Shown here: positions 19,882 through 28,606 of the stretch, in pieces
Layout of the letters: each line of letters begins with the position of its first letter
Numbering within the stretch: position 1 is the first letter of the stretch
Assembly: GCA_963749035.1 (NCBI GenBank)
Contig: CAVVKW010000004.1
Coordinates: forward strand, 1,335,550 to 1,399,549
DNA: 64,000 nucleotides
DNA from: an uncultured Verrucomicrobiae bacterium
Lineage (GTDB): Bacteria; Verrucomicrobiota; Verrucomicrobiia; Chthoniobacterales; JAATET01
Direction of reading: 5' to 3'
The notes under the pieces: generated by a model
The model's database searches: none
What the model was told of the DNA's origin: nothing
What the model saw: the letters and a program-made list of their open reading frames with translations, nothing else
Translations under genes and position numbers: made by a program

Positions 19882-20596
19882 ATCGGCGAACTGCCCCACA
19901 AAGCACTCCTCCTCCTGCAGCGACCGCCAGGAAGCCCAGCGTTCCGGGTTCCGGAATCACCGCGAGTTCCGTGAAGATCAAATCTTCCGGTCGGAGTTGA
20001 TTTGTCAGCAGCGGCATCGTGTCGAAGGCACTTCCTAACGCCTCGGTGGCATTGTAAACACCACGCCCGCCGCTCCCTTGCTGATTGAACGTCGTGTTGA
20101 AAGATTCCAGCACCTCGAACCCAGCGATCACCCGCCCGAAGACGGTGAATCCCCCGTTCTGATTGTCGAGGTTCGCACTGTTGTCCCCGAGATTGATGAA
20201 CCATTCCGAAGTCGCGGAATCCGGATCACCGCCGATCTTCGCCATCGCGATCGTTCCGTAAAGATTGCTGAACCTCGGGTCGTTGGTGAACTCGTTTGCC
20301 ACCGGCGCGAAGGCCTCCACCCGAGTCACCGTATTTTCCCTCAGCGCATACCCTCCCGTTTGCAGCACAAAGCCCGGCTCAAGCCGATGAGCGAACAGGT
20401 TCTCGTAGCGCCCGCTGTTTAGATAACTGAGAAAATTGCTGACCGTCTGAGGCTTCTCCGCGTCGTCGAGTTCCAACGTCATCGCGCCGACCGGCGTATT
20501 GAGAGAAATCAGAGTGCCCGCCCGCGACTCGCCTTTCAATGCAAAGAGAAAAACACCAACGAAGATCGCCGAAAGAAATTGCAAATGGTTACGCAC
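19847..20596 (-). CDS. Cyclophilin-type peptidyl-prolyl isomerase with signal peptide and PEP-CTERM anchor
   Basis: Cyclophilin motifs FHRLEPGFVLQTGG-like (AHRLEPGFVLQTGG) and FTVFGRVIAGFEVL. C-terminus IPEPGTLGFLAVAAGGGVLCGAVRRFR. Start set to in-frame GTG 20596, giving a signal-like N-terminus (V)RNHLQFLSAIFVGVFLFAL. Confidence 0.8.
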   Translation of the reverse strand: MRNHLQFLSAIFVGVFLFALKGESRAGTLISLNTPVGAMTLELDDAEKPQTVSNFLSYLNSGRYENLFAHRLEPGFVLQTGGYALRENTVTRVEAFAPVANEFTNDPRFSNLYGTIAMAKIGGDPDSATSEWFINLGDNSANLDNQNGGFTVFGRVIAGFEVLESFNTTFNQQGSGGRGVYNATEALGSAFDTMPLLTNQLRPEDLIFTELAVIPEPGTLGFLAVAAGGGVLCGAVRRFRLRAHRDRRN

Positions 20597-20620
20597 GGAT
20601 CGAAAGGAGAAATCTCCGAC

Positions 20621-20941
20621 ATGCCCACCCCCTTTCAAGAAAAAGTTTACGAGGTTACCCGCACCATCCCCCGCGGGCACGTCGTCAGCTACAAAACCCT
20701 CGCCGAAGCCGTCGGCTGCCGTGCCCCGCGGGCCATCGGCCAGGCCATGCGGGCAAATCCCTACGCGCCCGGGGTTCCCTGCCACCGTGTCATTGCCGCC
20801 GACCGCACCCTTGGCGGATTCGGCGGAGATCGGGAAGGTGAAGCGATCACTCGCAAGATCGCCCTCCTCAGATCGGAGGGCGTGACCTTCGATCCCGATG
20901 GAAGGGTCAACGCCAAATCGGTTCTCCCAACCGTCCCCTAG
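20621..20941 (+). CDS. MGMT-family protein (methylated-DNA-protein-cysteine methyltransferase DNA-binding/active-site domain only)
   Basis: 106 aa from ATG 20621. Active-site PCHRV motif; helix-turn-helix region VSYKTLAEAVG. Confidence 0.8.
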   Translation: MPTPFQEKVYEVTRTIPRGHVVSYKTLAEAVGCRAPRAIGQAMRANPYAPGVPCHRVIAADRTLGGFGGDREGEAITRKIALLRSEGVTFDPDGRVNAKSVLPTVP

Positions 20942-20997
20942 TCTCCCGCCATCGGCTGCCCATCCAAGCCCCTCTCGATGATCGTATTCTCATCGTT

Positions 20998-21213
20998 ATG
21001 ATACAGACCGGCACCAAAGTGAAATGGACGTGGGGCAATGGCTCCGCGCAGGGCAAAGTCACCGAGATTCACCACGAGAAAGTGACTCGAAAAACCAAGG
21101 GATCCGAGATCACCCGCAACGGTTCCCAGGACGATCCCGCCTACGTGATCGAGCAGGACGACGGCACCGTCGTTCTCAAGCTCCAGAGCGAGGTTTCCCG
21201 AGCGGATTCCTAG
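20998..21213 (+). CDS. DUF2945 (Tudor-like) small protein
   Basis: 71 aa. KVKWTWGNGSAQGKVTEI ... GSQDDPAYVIEQDDG matches the remembered DUF2945 pattern. Confidence 0.65.
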   Translation: MIQTGTKVKWTWGNGSAQGKVTEIHHEKVTRKTKGSEITRNGSQDDPAYVIEQDDGTVVLKLQSEVSRADS

Positions 21214-21299
21214 CCCCGCGGATCGCGTCAAAATAATCCTCGGCTGCAAATGAATAAACCCCACCCATTTGCAGTCAACGGAGGCACACCCTAACTCCA

Positions 21300-23144
21300 A
21301 TGAAGTCCCTCACCTCCGTCCTCCTTGCCGCTGTCACCACGTTGGTGTTCGCGACGCCAACTCAACAAGCTCGGGCCGACGTCGACGTCTCGCTCGACTT
21401 CTTCTACGACGAACTCGATCCCGACGGAGATTGGTTCTACGTCGAAGACTACGGCTACTGCTGGCAACCCGCCGCAATCAGCGCGTCGTGGCGGCCCTAC
21501 AGCGATGGATCCTGGGTTTACACCGACGTCGGCTGGACCTGGAACTCCTACGAGGACTACGGCTGGGCGACCTACCACTACGGACGCTGGGCCAATCTCG
21601 GCGGACGTGGCTGGGTCTGGGTCCCCGGTTACGAGTGGGCACCCGCCTGGGTTTCCTGGCGCTCCGGTGGAGATTACGTCGGTTGGGCACCACTACCGCC
21701 CGAAGCCATCTACCGTCCTTCGGTCGGTATCAGCATCGGGTTCAGCTTCGGCATCGGACCCGCCAACTACAACTTCTGCCGCTACCGCGACTTCGGATAC
21801 TCGAACGTCGGCAACCACTTCGTACCCTACCGTGACAACGTCAACATCATCAACGAGACGACGAACATCACCAACATCACGAACGTCAACAACACCACCA
21901 TTTACAACGGCGGCCCGAACTACGACGAACTCCAGAGCCGCAGTCGCCAGTCGATTCCCCGGGCCAAACTCGAGCGCGTCAAACTCGCCGACAAACCGGG
22001 TCGAGGACTCGCCAAACCCAGCAACTCCCTCGCGGGAGATCGCCTCCGGGTCGTCTCGCCCAACGTGAAGCGTAACGAAAACGCCAAACCGAAACGGCTC
22101 GCCGAACGCGTCTCAAAAAAGAACGTCCAGGACGGCTGGTCCAACGTGAGTGACCAGAAAAAGGCCGCCCGCATCCGCGAACAGGTGCGCGAACAAGACC
22201 GCACCGTCGCCCAACGCCAGCGCGAACCGAAACCGGACAACTCCGCCGAGCGCACCGCCAACAACCCGCGCAAACCAGACGACCGGAAGGCCAACGCCCA
22301 AGCCGACAACCAGAACCGCGCTCAACGCAGCGACGGCCTGAAACCCTTCCTCTCCGATCGCGGCGCTCGGGATGACAACAACTCGCGCAACGCGGATTCC
22401 GATCCCGCCACCGACCGCCAGCGGGCCGAGCGGCAGAAAGCCGACGAGCGAGCTCAACGCCAACGCCAGGAAGACCGCGAGAAACAAGCCCGACAGGACG
22501 AAAAGGCTCGCGAACAGCGCCAAGCCGCCCGCCAGCAGGAGGAGCCCCGGAAGCCCACCCTCGACGAACGTAACCGGCAGCAACAGGCCTCCCGCCAACC
22601 GAAAGACCCACGCGCCCAGCAGCAGGAACAGCAGCGAGCCGAGCGTCAGCAAGACGCCCAGCGTGCCCAACGCCAGCAGGACGAACAGCGCGCCGAGCGC
22701 CAACGGGTCGAAGCGCGTGCCCAACAGCAGCACCAAGCCGAGCGCCAACAACAGGCCCGTCGCGAAGCATCCCAGCGTCCGCCAGCCCAGACCCAGCGCC
22801 CGCCCCAGTCGCAAAGCCGCCAGCCAGACGGCCGCGGGGTTCAGGCTCAACGCGAGATCGCTGAACGCCAGCAGGCCCAACGGCAAGCCCAGCAACGCCA
22901 GGCTCAACAGCGTCAACCGCAGCAACGCCAAGCGCAGGCCGCTCAAGCGGACGAGCGCGAGCAGAAGGAACGTCAGCAACGGCAACAACAGCGCCAGCAG
23001 CAACAATATCGGCCGCAACAGCAACAATACCGCCCGCAGCAGCAACGTCCGCAATCCAACCAGCAGCAGCGCCAGCAGCAGCCGAACCCCTACGGTCCCG
23101 GCGGACCCGGCAGGCCCTACGATCCCACGCAACCCCGCCGGTAA
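21300..23144 (+). CDS. Secreted protein: W/Y/G-repeat N-terminal domain (YXWGXW/DUF6600-like) plus about 370-aa Q/R/E/A-rich low-complexity tail
   Basis: 614 aa with signal peptide MKSLTSVLLAAVTTLVFA. Repeats GYCWQP, GSWVYTDVGWTW, YGWATYHYGRWA, GWVWVPGYEWAPAWVSW. The tail carries QRQAQQRQ and QQQYRPQQ reiterations. Confidence 0.7.
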   Translation: MKSLTSVLLAAVTTLVFATPTQQARADVDVSLDFFYDELDPDGDWFYVEDYGYCWQPAAISASWRPYSDGSWVYTDVGWTWNSYEDYGWATYHYGRWANLGGRGWVWVPGYEWAPAWVSWRSGGDYVGWAPLPPEAIYRPSVGISIGFSFGIGPANYNFCRYRDFGYSNVGNHFVPYRDNVNIINETTNITNITNVNNTTIYNGGPNYDELQSRSRQSIPRAKLERVKLADKPGRGLAKPSNSLAGDRLRVVSPNVKRNENAKPKRLAERVSKKNVQDGWSNVSDQKKAARIREQVREQDRTVAQRQREPKPDNSAERTANNPRKPDDRKANAQADNQNRAQRSDGLKPFLSDRGARDDNNSRNADSDPATDRQRAERQKADERAQRQRQEDREKQARQDEKAREQRQAARQQEEPRKPTLDERNRQQQASRQPKDPRAQQQEQQRAERQQDAQRAQRQQDEQRAERQRVEARAQQQHQAERQQQARREASQRPPAQTQRPPQSQSRQPDGRGVQAQREIAERQQAQRQAQQRQAQQRQPQQRQAQAAQADEREQKERQQRQQQRQQQQYRPQQQQYRPQQQRPQSNQQQRQQQPNPYGPGGPGRPYDPTQPRR

Positions 23145-23201
23145 GCCGAATCAGGCAAAACCGCATCCTCCGGGTTCGAACACCTCAACGAGACACCAAA
23201 G

Positions 23202-23234
23202 AAGGGGCGGCCATCCAGCCGCCCCTTTTGTGTT
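23202..23234 (+). terminator. Rho-independent terminator after the 21300-23144 gene
   Basis: Perfect 10-bp stem AAGGGGCGGC / GCCGCCCCTT with loop CATCCA, followed by TTGTGTT. Confidence 0.7.
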
Positions 23235-23270
23235 CCCCTCCCGCCCCTCACCGATTCACGATCCACCCGA

Positions 23271-23804
23271 GTGGAAAAGTCGCGAGCCATCCTGATCCGC
23301 CGATACCGCTTCTCCGAAACGAGCCTCATCTGCGTCTGGATCACCGACCGACACGGCAAGGTCAAGACGTCCGCCCGCGGAGCCCTTCAGCCCAAAAGCC
23401 CCTTCCGCGGCAAACTCGACCTCTTCTTCGACAACGACATCGCCTTCGATCCCCCCCGCACCGGCGACCTGAATTCCCTCCGCGAAGCCGTCATCCGTCA
23501 CCCCTTCGACGGCCTCGGCACGCAATACGCCAATCTAAGCACCGCCGCCTACTTCGGTGACCTCACCGATCTCGCGACCGAATCCGGCGCACCCGCCGAC
23601 GACATCTTCGATCTCCTCGAACGAGCCGTCACCTACCTCCGCCGCACCCCGTCAAACCTCCGAGCCATCGCCCACTTCGAGACCTCGCTCTGCCGAGTCA
23701 TCGGAATCTTTTCCGAATCCGGCGACCCGCTCCACACCCTCGCCTCCCACTGCGGCCGCATCCCAAAAACCCGCGCCGCCGCCCTCAAAGCTTTCGCAAC
23801 CTGA
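23271..23804 (+). CDS. recO: DNA repair protein RecO (short form)
   Basis: 177 aa. N-terminal OB-fold pattern AILIRRYRFSETSLICVW ... ARGA. Shorter than the E. coli RecO I recall, with no C-terminal extension. Confidence 0.7.
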   Translation: MEKSRAILIRRYRFSETSLICVWITDRHGKVKTSARGALQPKSPFRGKLDLFFDNDIAFDPPRTGDLNSLREAVIRHPFDGLGTQYANLSTAAYFGDLTDLATESGAPADDIFDLLERAVTYLRRTPSNLRAIAHFETSLCRVIGIFSESGDPLHTLASHCGRIPKTRAAALKAFAT

Positions 23805-23845
23805 GCCCATTGCAGTGCCAACCGACCGCATCCGGTCGCAAGGCC

Positions 23846-23866
23846 CTCAACTCTCAACTCTCAACC
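23846..23866. repeat. Heptamer tandem repeat CTCAACT x3
   Basis: CTCAACT CTCAACT CTCAACC, read directly. Lies in the recO/nuoD convergent spacer and is followed by decayed units AATAACT ATAAACT. Confidence 0.8.
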
Positions 23867-23886
23867 AATAACTATAAACTACCCAG

Positions 23887-25134
23887 CTACCGATCACACT
23901 CACCCATCACGAAGTCGACGCTCCCCAGGATGCTCACGCAATCGCTCACGAGATGACCCGGCAACAGCTTCGGAAGAATGCTCAGATTCACGAAGGAAGG
24001 GGCGCGGATCTTCAAGCGATACGGCACCCCGCCGCCCTTGCTGCAGATGTAAAATCCCAGCTCGCCCTTCGGATTTTCCGCGCCGAAGTAAACTTCGCCC
24101 CGAGGCGCGTCGATGCCCTCCGTCGTGACAATGAAATGGTGGATCAGCTCCTCCATCTTTGTCATCACGTCCACCTTCGACGGCAGCGAGCTCTTCGGAT
24201 CGAAGTAATTGATCGGCCCCGTCGGCAAATCATCGAGCGCCTGACGCAGGATTCGGCAACTCTGCCGCATCTCCTCCATCCGCACCAGATACCGATCGTA
24301 GCAATCACCCACTTCCCCGATCGGAATCTCAAAATCGTATTTCTCGTAATCCAGATAAGGGTTTGCCCGCCGCACGTCGTGTTCGATTCCGCTTCCGCGT
24401 AAATTCGGCCCCGAGATGGCGTAGCCGATCGCGTCCTCCTTCGAGATCACGCCCACGTCCTTCGTCCGATCCACGAAGATCCGGTTGCGACTCAGCAAAC
24501 TGTCCAACTCATCCCAGACCGGTAGGAACGAATCGATGAACTCCCGCACCTGCGCTGGAAACGTGTCCGGCAAATCGCGCGTCTGACCACCCACGCGAGT
24601 GTAGCTCGTCGTAAAGCGCGCCCCCGTCAGTTGCTCGATCAAGTTATAAATCTTCTCCCGCTCCGTGAACGTGAACAAAAAGACCGACGTCGCGCCCAGA
24701 TCCAATCCGTAAGCCCCGATCCCCAGCAAATGCGCCGAGATCCGCGCCAGCTCACACGCGATCACGCGAATCGACTTCCCCCGCGGCGGCAGCTCCCACC
24801 CCATCAATTTCTCGACCGCCATCGCGTAAGCAACGTTGTTCGCCAGCGGTGCCAGGTAATCCAACCGATCCGTGTAGGGGACGAACTGATTGTATTGCAT
24901 GTTCTCCGCGATCTTCTCGTCGCCCCGATGCAAGTAACCGCAATCCGGCGTCGCCTTCGTGATGATCTCGCCGTCCATTTCCAGAATCAACCGCAACACA
25001 CCGTGCGTCGACGGATGCGACGGACCCATGTTCAGCGTGAGAGTCTCGCCCAGCAGCTCACCAGCCTCCTGCGAAGACTCGAGGTTTTGCAGGCTGCGGG
25101 TCAGCGTATCGGGTTGCTCGTAGGTCGTGGGCAT
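23887..25134 (-). CDS. nuoD: NADH-quinone oxidoreductase subunit D (49-kDa subunit)
   Basis: 415 aa from ATG 25134 (MPTTYEQ). Motifs NMGPSHPSTHGVLRL and C-terminal VMGECDR typical of NuoD. No other nuo genes are adjacent. Confidence 0.9.
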   Translation of the reverse strand: MPTTYEQPDTLTRSLQNLESSQEAGELLGETLTLNMGPSHPSTHGVLRLILEMDGEIITKATPDCGYLHRGDEKIAENMQYNQFVPYTDRLDYLAPLANNVAYAMAVEKLMGWELPPRGKSIRVIACELARISAHLLGIGAYGLDLGATSVFLFTFTEREKIYNLIEQLTGARFTTSYTRVGGQTRDLPDTFPAQVREFIDSFLPVWDELDSLLSRNRIFVDRTKDVGVISKEDAIGYAISGPNLRGSGIEHDVRRANPYLDYEKYDFEIPIGEVGDCYDRYLVRMEEMRQSCRILRQALDDLPTGPINYFDPKSSLPSKVDVMTKMEELIHHFIVTTEGIDAPRGEVYFGAENPKGELGFYICSKGGGVPYRLKIRAPSFVNLSILPKLLPGHLVSDCVSILGSVDFVMGECDR

Positions 25135-25204
25135 GTCGGATTTTCGTTTGGCGCTCAGACAGTTTTTACGTCCGAAACAGGAATCGAGGTTGCCATTGTC
25201 AGAC

Positions 25205-25224
25205 TTTGTGAAAAATTTCACAAA
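25205..25224. promoter_or_regulatory. CRP/FNR-family-type operator palindrome (TGTGA-N6-TCACA)
   Basis: TTTGTGAAAAATTTCACAAA: 9-bp perfect arms and AT-rich within GC-rich DNA. It sits in the 98-bp nuoD/ndh divergent spacer and ends 8 nt before the ndh ATG. Confidence 0.5.
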
Positions 25225-25232
25225 CTCCTGCC

Positions 25233-26528
25233 ATGACTGCTGCCACTTTGTCGCCCGACTCGAAAAAATCAAGCCTCCCCGTGGTTGCCATCATTGGCTG
25301 CGGATTCGGAGGCCTCTCGGCGGCCCGTGCGCTCAAGAACGCGCCCGTCACCGTGGTCCTCATCGATCGCACCAATCACCACCTCTTCCAGCCGCTCCTC
25401 TACCAGGTGGCCACCGCCGGCCTTTCGCCCGCCGACATCGCCAAGCCGGTCCGATCCATTCTCCGCGGCCAGCGGAACGTCACCTGCGTCATGGCCGAGA
25501 TTACCGGCATCGACGTCGACAGTCGCGAACTCACCAGCCCGCAGGGCAATCTGACTTACGACTACCTCATCGTGGCCACCGGCGCTCGCCATTCCTATTT
25601 CGGCAATCCCGAGTGGGAAAAGATCGCTCCCGGCCTGAAGAGTCTCGGCGACGCCACCGAGATTCGCCGCCGCATCCTGACTGCGTTCGAGGAAGCGGAA
25701 AAAATCGAGGACGAAGCTCGTCGCAAAGCTCGCATGACCTTTGTCGTCGTCGGCGGCGGCCCGACCGGCGTCGAAATGGCCGGAGCCATCAGCGAGCTCG
25801 CGCGTCACACGCTCAGCGACGACTTCCGCCACATCGACCCGAAGCACACTCGCGTCGTCCTCGTCGAAGCCACCGACCGCATCCTCGCGACCTACACCGA
25901 GGACCTCTCGGCCAGCGCCGTCGAACAGCTCGAATCCCTCGACGTCGAAGTTCGCCTTTCCGATCCAGTAGAGAATCTCGAACCCGGCACCGTGACGTTG
26001 AAGAGCGGACCGATCCCGTGCGACACCGTCATCTGGGCCGCCGGCACCGAGGCCTCCGGACTGGCCAGGAAAATCCCCGTCGAAACCGACAAACCTGGCC
26101 GCGCCAAGGTCAACCAAGACCTCACCATCCCGGACCATCCGGAGATTCAGGCCGTGGGCGACATCATCACCGTCAAAGACAAGGAAGGCAAACCCGTCCC
26201 CGGAGTCGCGCCAGCCGCCATGCAGGCAGGCAAACACGCTGCCGAAAACATCCTCCGTCAACTTGACGAAAAACCGCCGACCGACTTCTGGTATTTCGAC
26301 AAAGGCAACCTCGCCACCATCGGTCGGCACCGCGGCATCGGCGACCTCGGGTTTGCCAAGGTCACCGGGACCATCGCCTGGCTTGCCTGGGCCTTCATTC
26401 ACCTCTTCTTCCTCATCGGCTTCCGGAATCGCATCCTGGTGTTTTTCCAATGGGCTTACGCCTACGTCACCTACGCCCGCGGCGCCCGCCTCATCGGCCC
26501 AAAAGCACCGGGCGACCGGGAAGAGTAA
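25233..26528 (+). CDS. ndh: Type II NADH dehydrogenase (NDH-2)
   Basis: 431 aa. Two dinucleotide folds, IIGCGFGG and VVGGGPTGVE; C-terminal membrane-anchoring hydrophobic segment. Confidence 0.9.
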   Translation: MTAATLSPDSKKSSLPVVAIIGCGFGGLSAARALKNAPVTVVLIDRTNHHLFQPLLYQVATAGLSPADIAKPVRSILRGQRNVTCVMAEITGIDVDSRELTSPQGNLTYDYLIVATGARHSYFGNPEWEKIAPGLKSLGDATEIRRRILTAFEEAEKIEDEARRKARMTFVVVGGGPTGVEMAGAISELARHTLSDDFRHIDPKHTRVVLVEATDRILATYTEDLSASAVEQLESLDVEVRLSDPVENLEPGTVTLKSGPIPCDTVIWAAGTEASGLARKIPVETDKPGRAKVNQDLTIPDHPEIQAVGDIITVKDKEGKPVPGVAPAAMQAGKHAAENILRQLDEKPPTDFWYFDKGNLATIGRHRGIGDLGFAKVTGTIAWLAWAFIHLFFLIGFRNRILVFFQWAYAYVTYARGARLIGPKAPGDREE

Positions 26529-26608
26529 GCCCCGCCGAACCACGCTTCCGACCGCCGAAGTGTCCGCTCCGCGATCCCGCAGAGATCCCGCGCGCCGTCG
26601 CGCCAGGC

Positions 26609-27505
26609 TCAGGAAGCCTTGACCGCCGTCGGATCAAAATCCGCCGCGTGGTAACTACTTCGCACCAGCGGACCGCTTGCGACAAAATCGAAACCCTTGT
26701 TCTCCGCGATCTCACGATAGAGGTCGAACGTCTCGGGCCGAACGTATTCCACGACCGGCAGGTGCTCCGGCGTCGGCCGCAAATACTGACCCATCGTCAG
26801 CACCTGCACGTTCGCCTCGCGCAGGTCGTCCATTGCCTGGAAAATCTCCGTCTCAGTCTCCCCCAGCCCAAGCATCAACCCGCTCTTGGTCACCAGGTCC
26901 GGACCCAACTCCTTGGCCCGCTGCAGAAACTCAAGCGAGAGAGAATATTTCGCCCGCGAACGCACCAGCGGCGTCAGCCGCTCGACCGTTTCGAGGTTGT
27001 GATTGAAGACGTGGGGCCGCGCATCGACGACCTTCTGCAACGAAGAATCCTTGCCGTTGAAATCCGGAGTCAGCACCTCGATCACGATCGACTCGTCGAC
27101 CTGGCGAATGGCCTCGATCGTCCGCGCAAAGTGCTCCGCCCCGCCGTCCGCCACGTCGTCCCGCGCCACCGCGGTGATCACCACGTGCTTGAGCTTCAAC
27201 CGCCGAATCGCCTCCGCCACCCGCGCCGGCTCGTCTTCTTCTAATTCAAGCGGCTTCATCGTCGACACCGCGCAAAATCCACACGCCCGCGTGCACCGTT
27301 CGCCCGCGATCATGAACGTCGCCGTCCCCGCGCTCCAGCACTCCCACCGATTCGGACACTGCGCGCTCTCGCACACCGTGTGGAGCTTCAGGTCGGAGAT
27401 CAGCCCTTTCGTGGAAAAGAAAACGGGATTCGACGGCAGCCGAACCTTGATCCATTCCGGCTTCTTCGCAATGTGCAACGACGGGTCGATCTTCGCTAAA
27501 GGCAT
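26609..27505 (-). CDS. lipA: Lipoyl synthase
   Basis: 298 aa. N-terminal cluster CESAQCPNRWEC and radical-SAM CTRACGFC. Confidence 0.95.
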   Translation of the reverse strand: MPLAKIDPSLHIAKKPEWIKVRLPSNPVFFSTKGLISDLKLHTVCESAQCPNRWECWSAGTATFMIAGERCTRACGFCAVSTMKPLELEEDEPARVAEAIRRLKLKHVVITAVARDDVADGGAEHFARTIEAIRQVDESIVIEVLTPDFNGKDSSLQKVVDARPHVFNHNLETVERLTPLVRSRAKYSLSLEFLQRAKELGPDLVTKSGLMLGLGETETEIFQAMDDLREANVQVLTMGQYLRPTPEHLPVVEYVRPETFDLYREIAENKGFDFVASGPLVRSSYHAADFDPTAVKAS

Positions 27506-27585
27506 ATCTCCGCGACTATCACCCAGCTCGCCGGGAATTCCAACAATTTGAAACGATCACCTCGTCGAAATCCACTGCCACTGCC

Positions 27586-28581
27586 CTACGCCGCCAGAGC
27601 ATCCCTCACCACGTCGTCCGGCGACACCCCCTCGGCCTCGCCCTCGAAATTCATCACCACTCGGTGACGCAGCGCCGGCAGCGCCACCGCCCGGATGTCC
27701 TCCCGCGCCACGTGATACCGCCCCGCCAGCAACGCCTCGATTTTCGCGCACAAGACCAACGCCTGCGCCCCTCGCGGACTCGACCCGTAACGGACAAACC
27801 GCCGCCCCGACTCCGCCCCAGCCTCCGGGTGCGTGGCCAACACCAGCCGCACCGCCTCTTCCTGCACCTCCCGCACGATCGGAACCTCCCGAATCAAACG
27901 CTGACTCGCCCGCAACACGTCCCCGGAAGCCACGACCTCCGACCCCGCCCCGTCCACCGTCGATGTCGTGCGATCCAGAATCGCGTGCAGCTCGTCACCC
28001 GTCGGATAATCGACCAGCAGCTTCAGTAAAAACCGATCCAACTGCGCCTCCGGCAACGGATACGTCCCCTCCATCTCCAACGGATTCTGCGTCGCCAACA
28101 CCAAAAACGGATCGGGCACCTCGCGCGTCTCCCCGCCCACCGTCGCGTGCCGCTCCTGCATCGCCTCCAGCAGCGCACTCTGGGTCTTTGGCGTCGCCCG
28201 GTTGATCTCATCCGCCAGCAAAATGTTCGTAAAAATCGGCCCCGGCTGAAATTCAAACCGCTTCGCACCGCCGTCGTCCAAAATCAAACTCGTCCCCACG
28301 ATGTCCGCCGGCATCAGGTCCGGCGTGAACTGCACCCTCGAAAACTCCAGCCCCGTCACGTCACCCAGTGTCCGCACCAGCAGCGTCTTCCCCAGCCCCG
28401 GTGCCCCCTCCAGCAAGACGTGCCCGCCCGCGAAAAGCGCCAGCAGCAAACCCCGCACCGTCTCGCGCTGGCCGACCACAACCCGTGCCAACGCCGACTC
28501 GAGCGAACCGAAGAGCTTTCGAAACTCCTCCACCCGCTCCCGCGTCTCGTCCGATTCTTCCACGCCCCGACTCAACCGCAT
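27586..28581 (-). CDS. MoxR-family AAA+ ATPase
   Basis: 331 aa. Walker A EGAPGLGKT, Walker B ILLADEINR; MoxR-type C-terminal helical region. Confidence 0.9.
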   Translation of the reverse strand: MRLSRGVEESDETRERVEEFRKLFGSLESALARVVVGQRETVRGLLLALFAGGHVLLEGAPGLGKTLLVRTLGDVTGLEFSRVQFTPDLMPADIVGTSLILDDGGAKRFEFQPGPIFTNILLADEINRATPKTQSALLEAMQERHATVGGETREVPDPFLVLATQNPLEMEGTYPLPEAQLDRFLLKLLVDYPTGDELHAILDRTTSTVDGAGSEVVASGDVLRASQRLIREVPIVREVQEEAVRLVLATHPEAGAESGRRFVRYGSSPRGAQALVLCAKIEALLAGRYHVAREDIRAVALPALRHRVVMNFEGEAEGVSPDDVVRDALAA

Positions 28582-28606
28582 CGCGCCGGAATCGTCCAGC
28601 GCGGCG

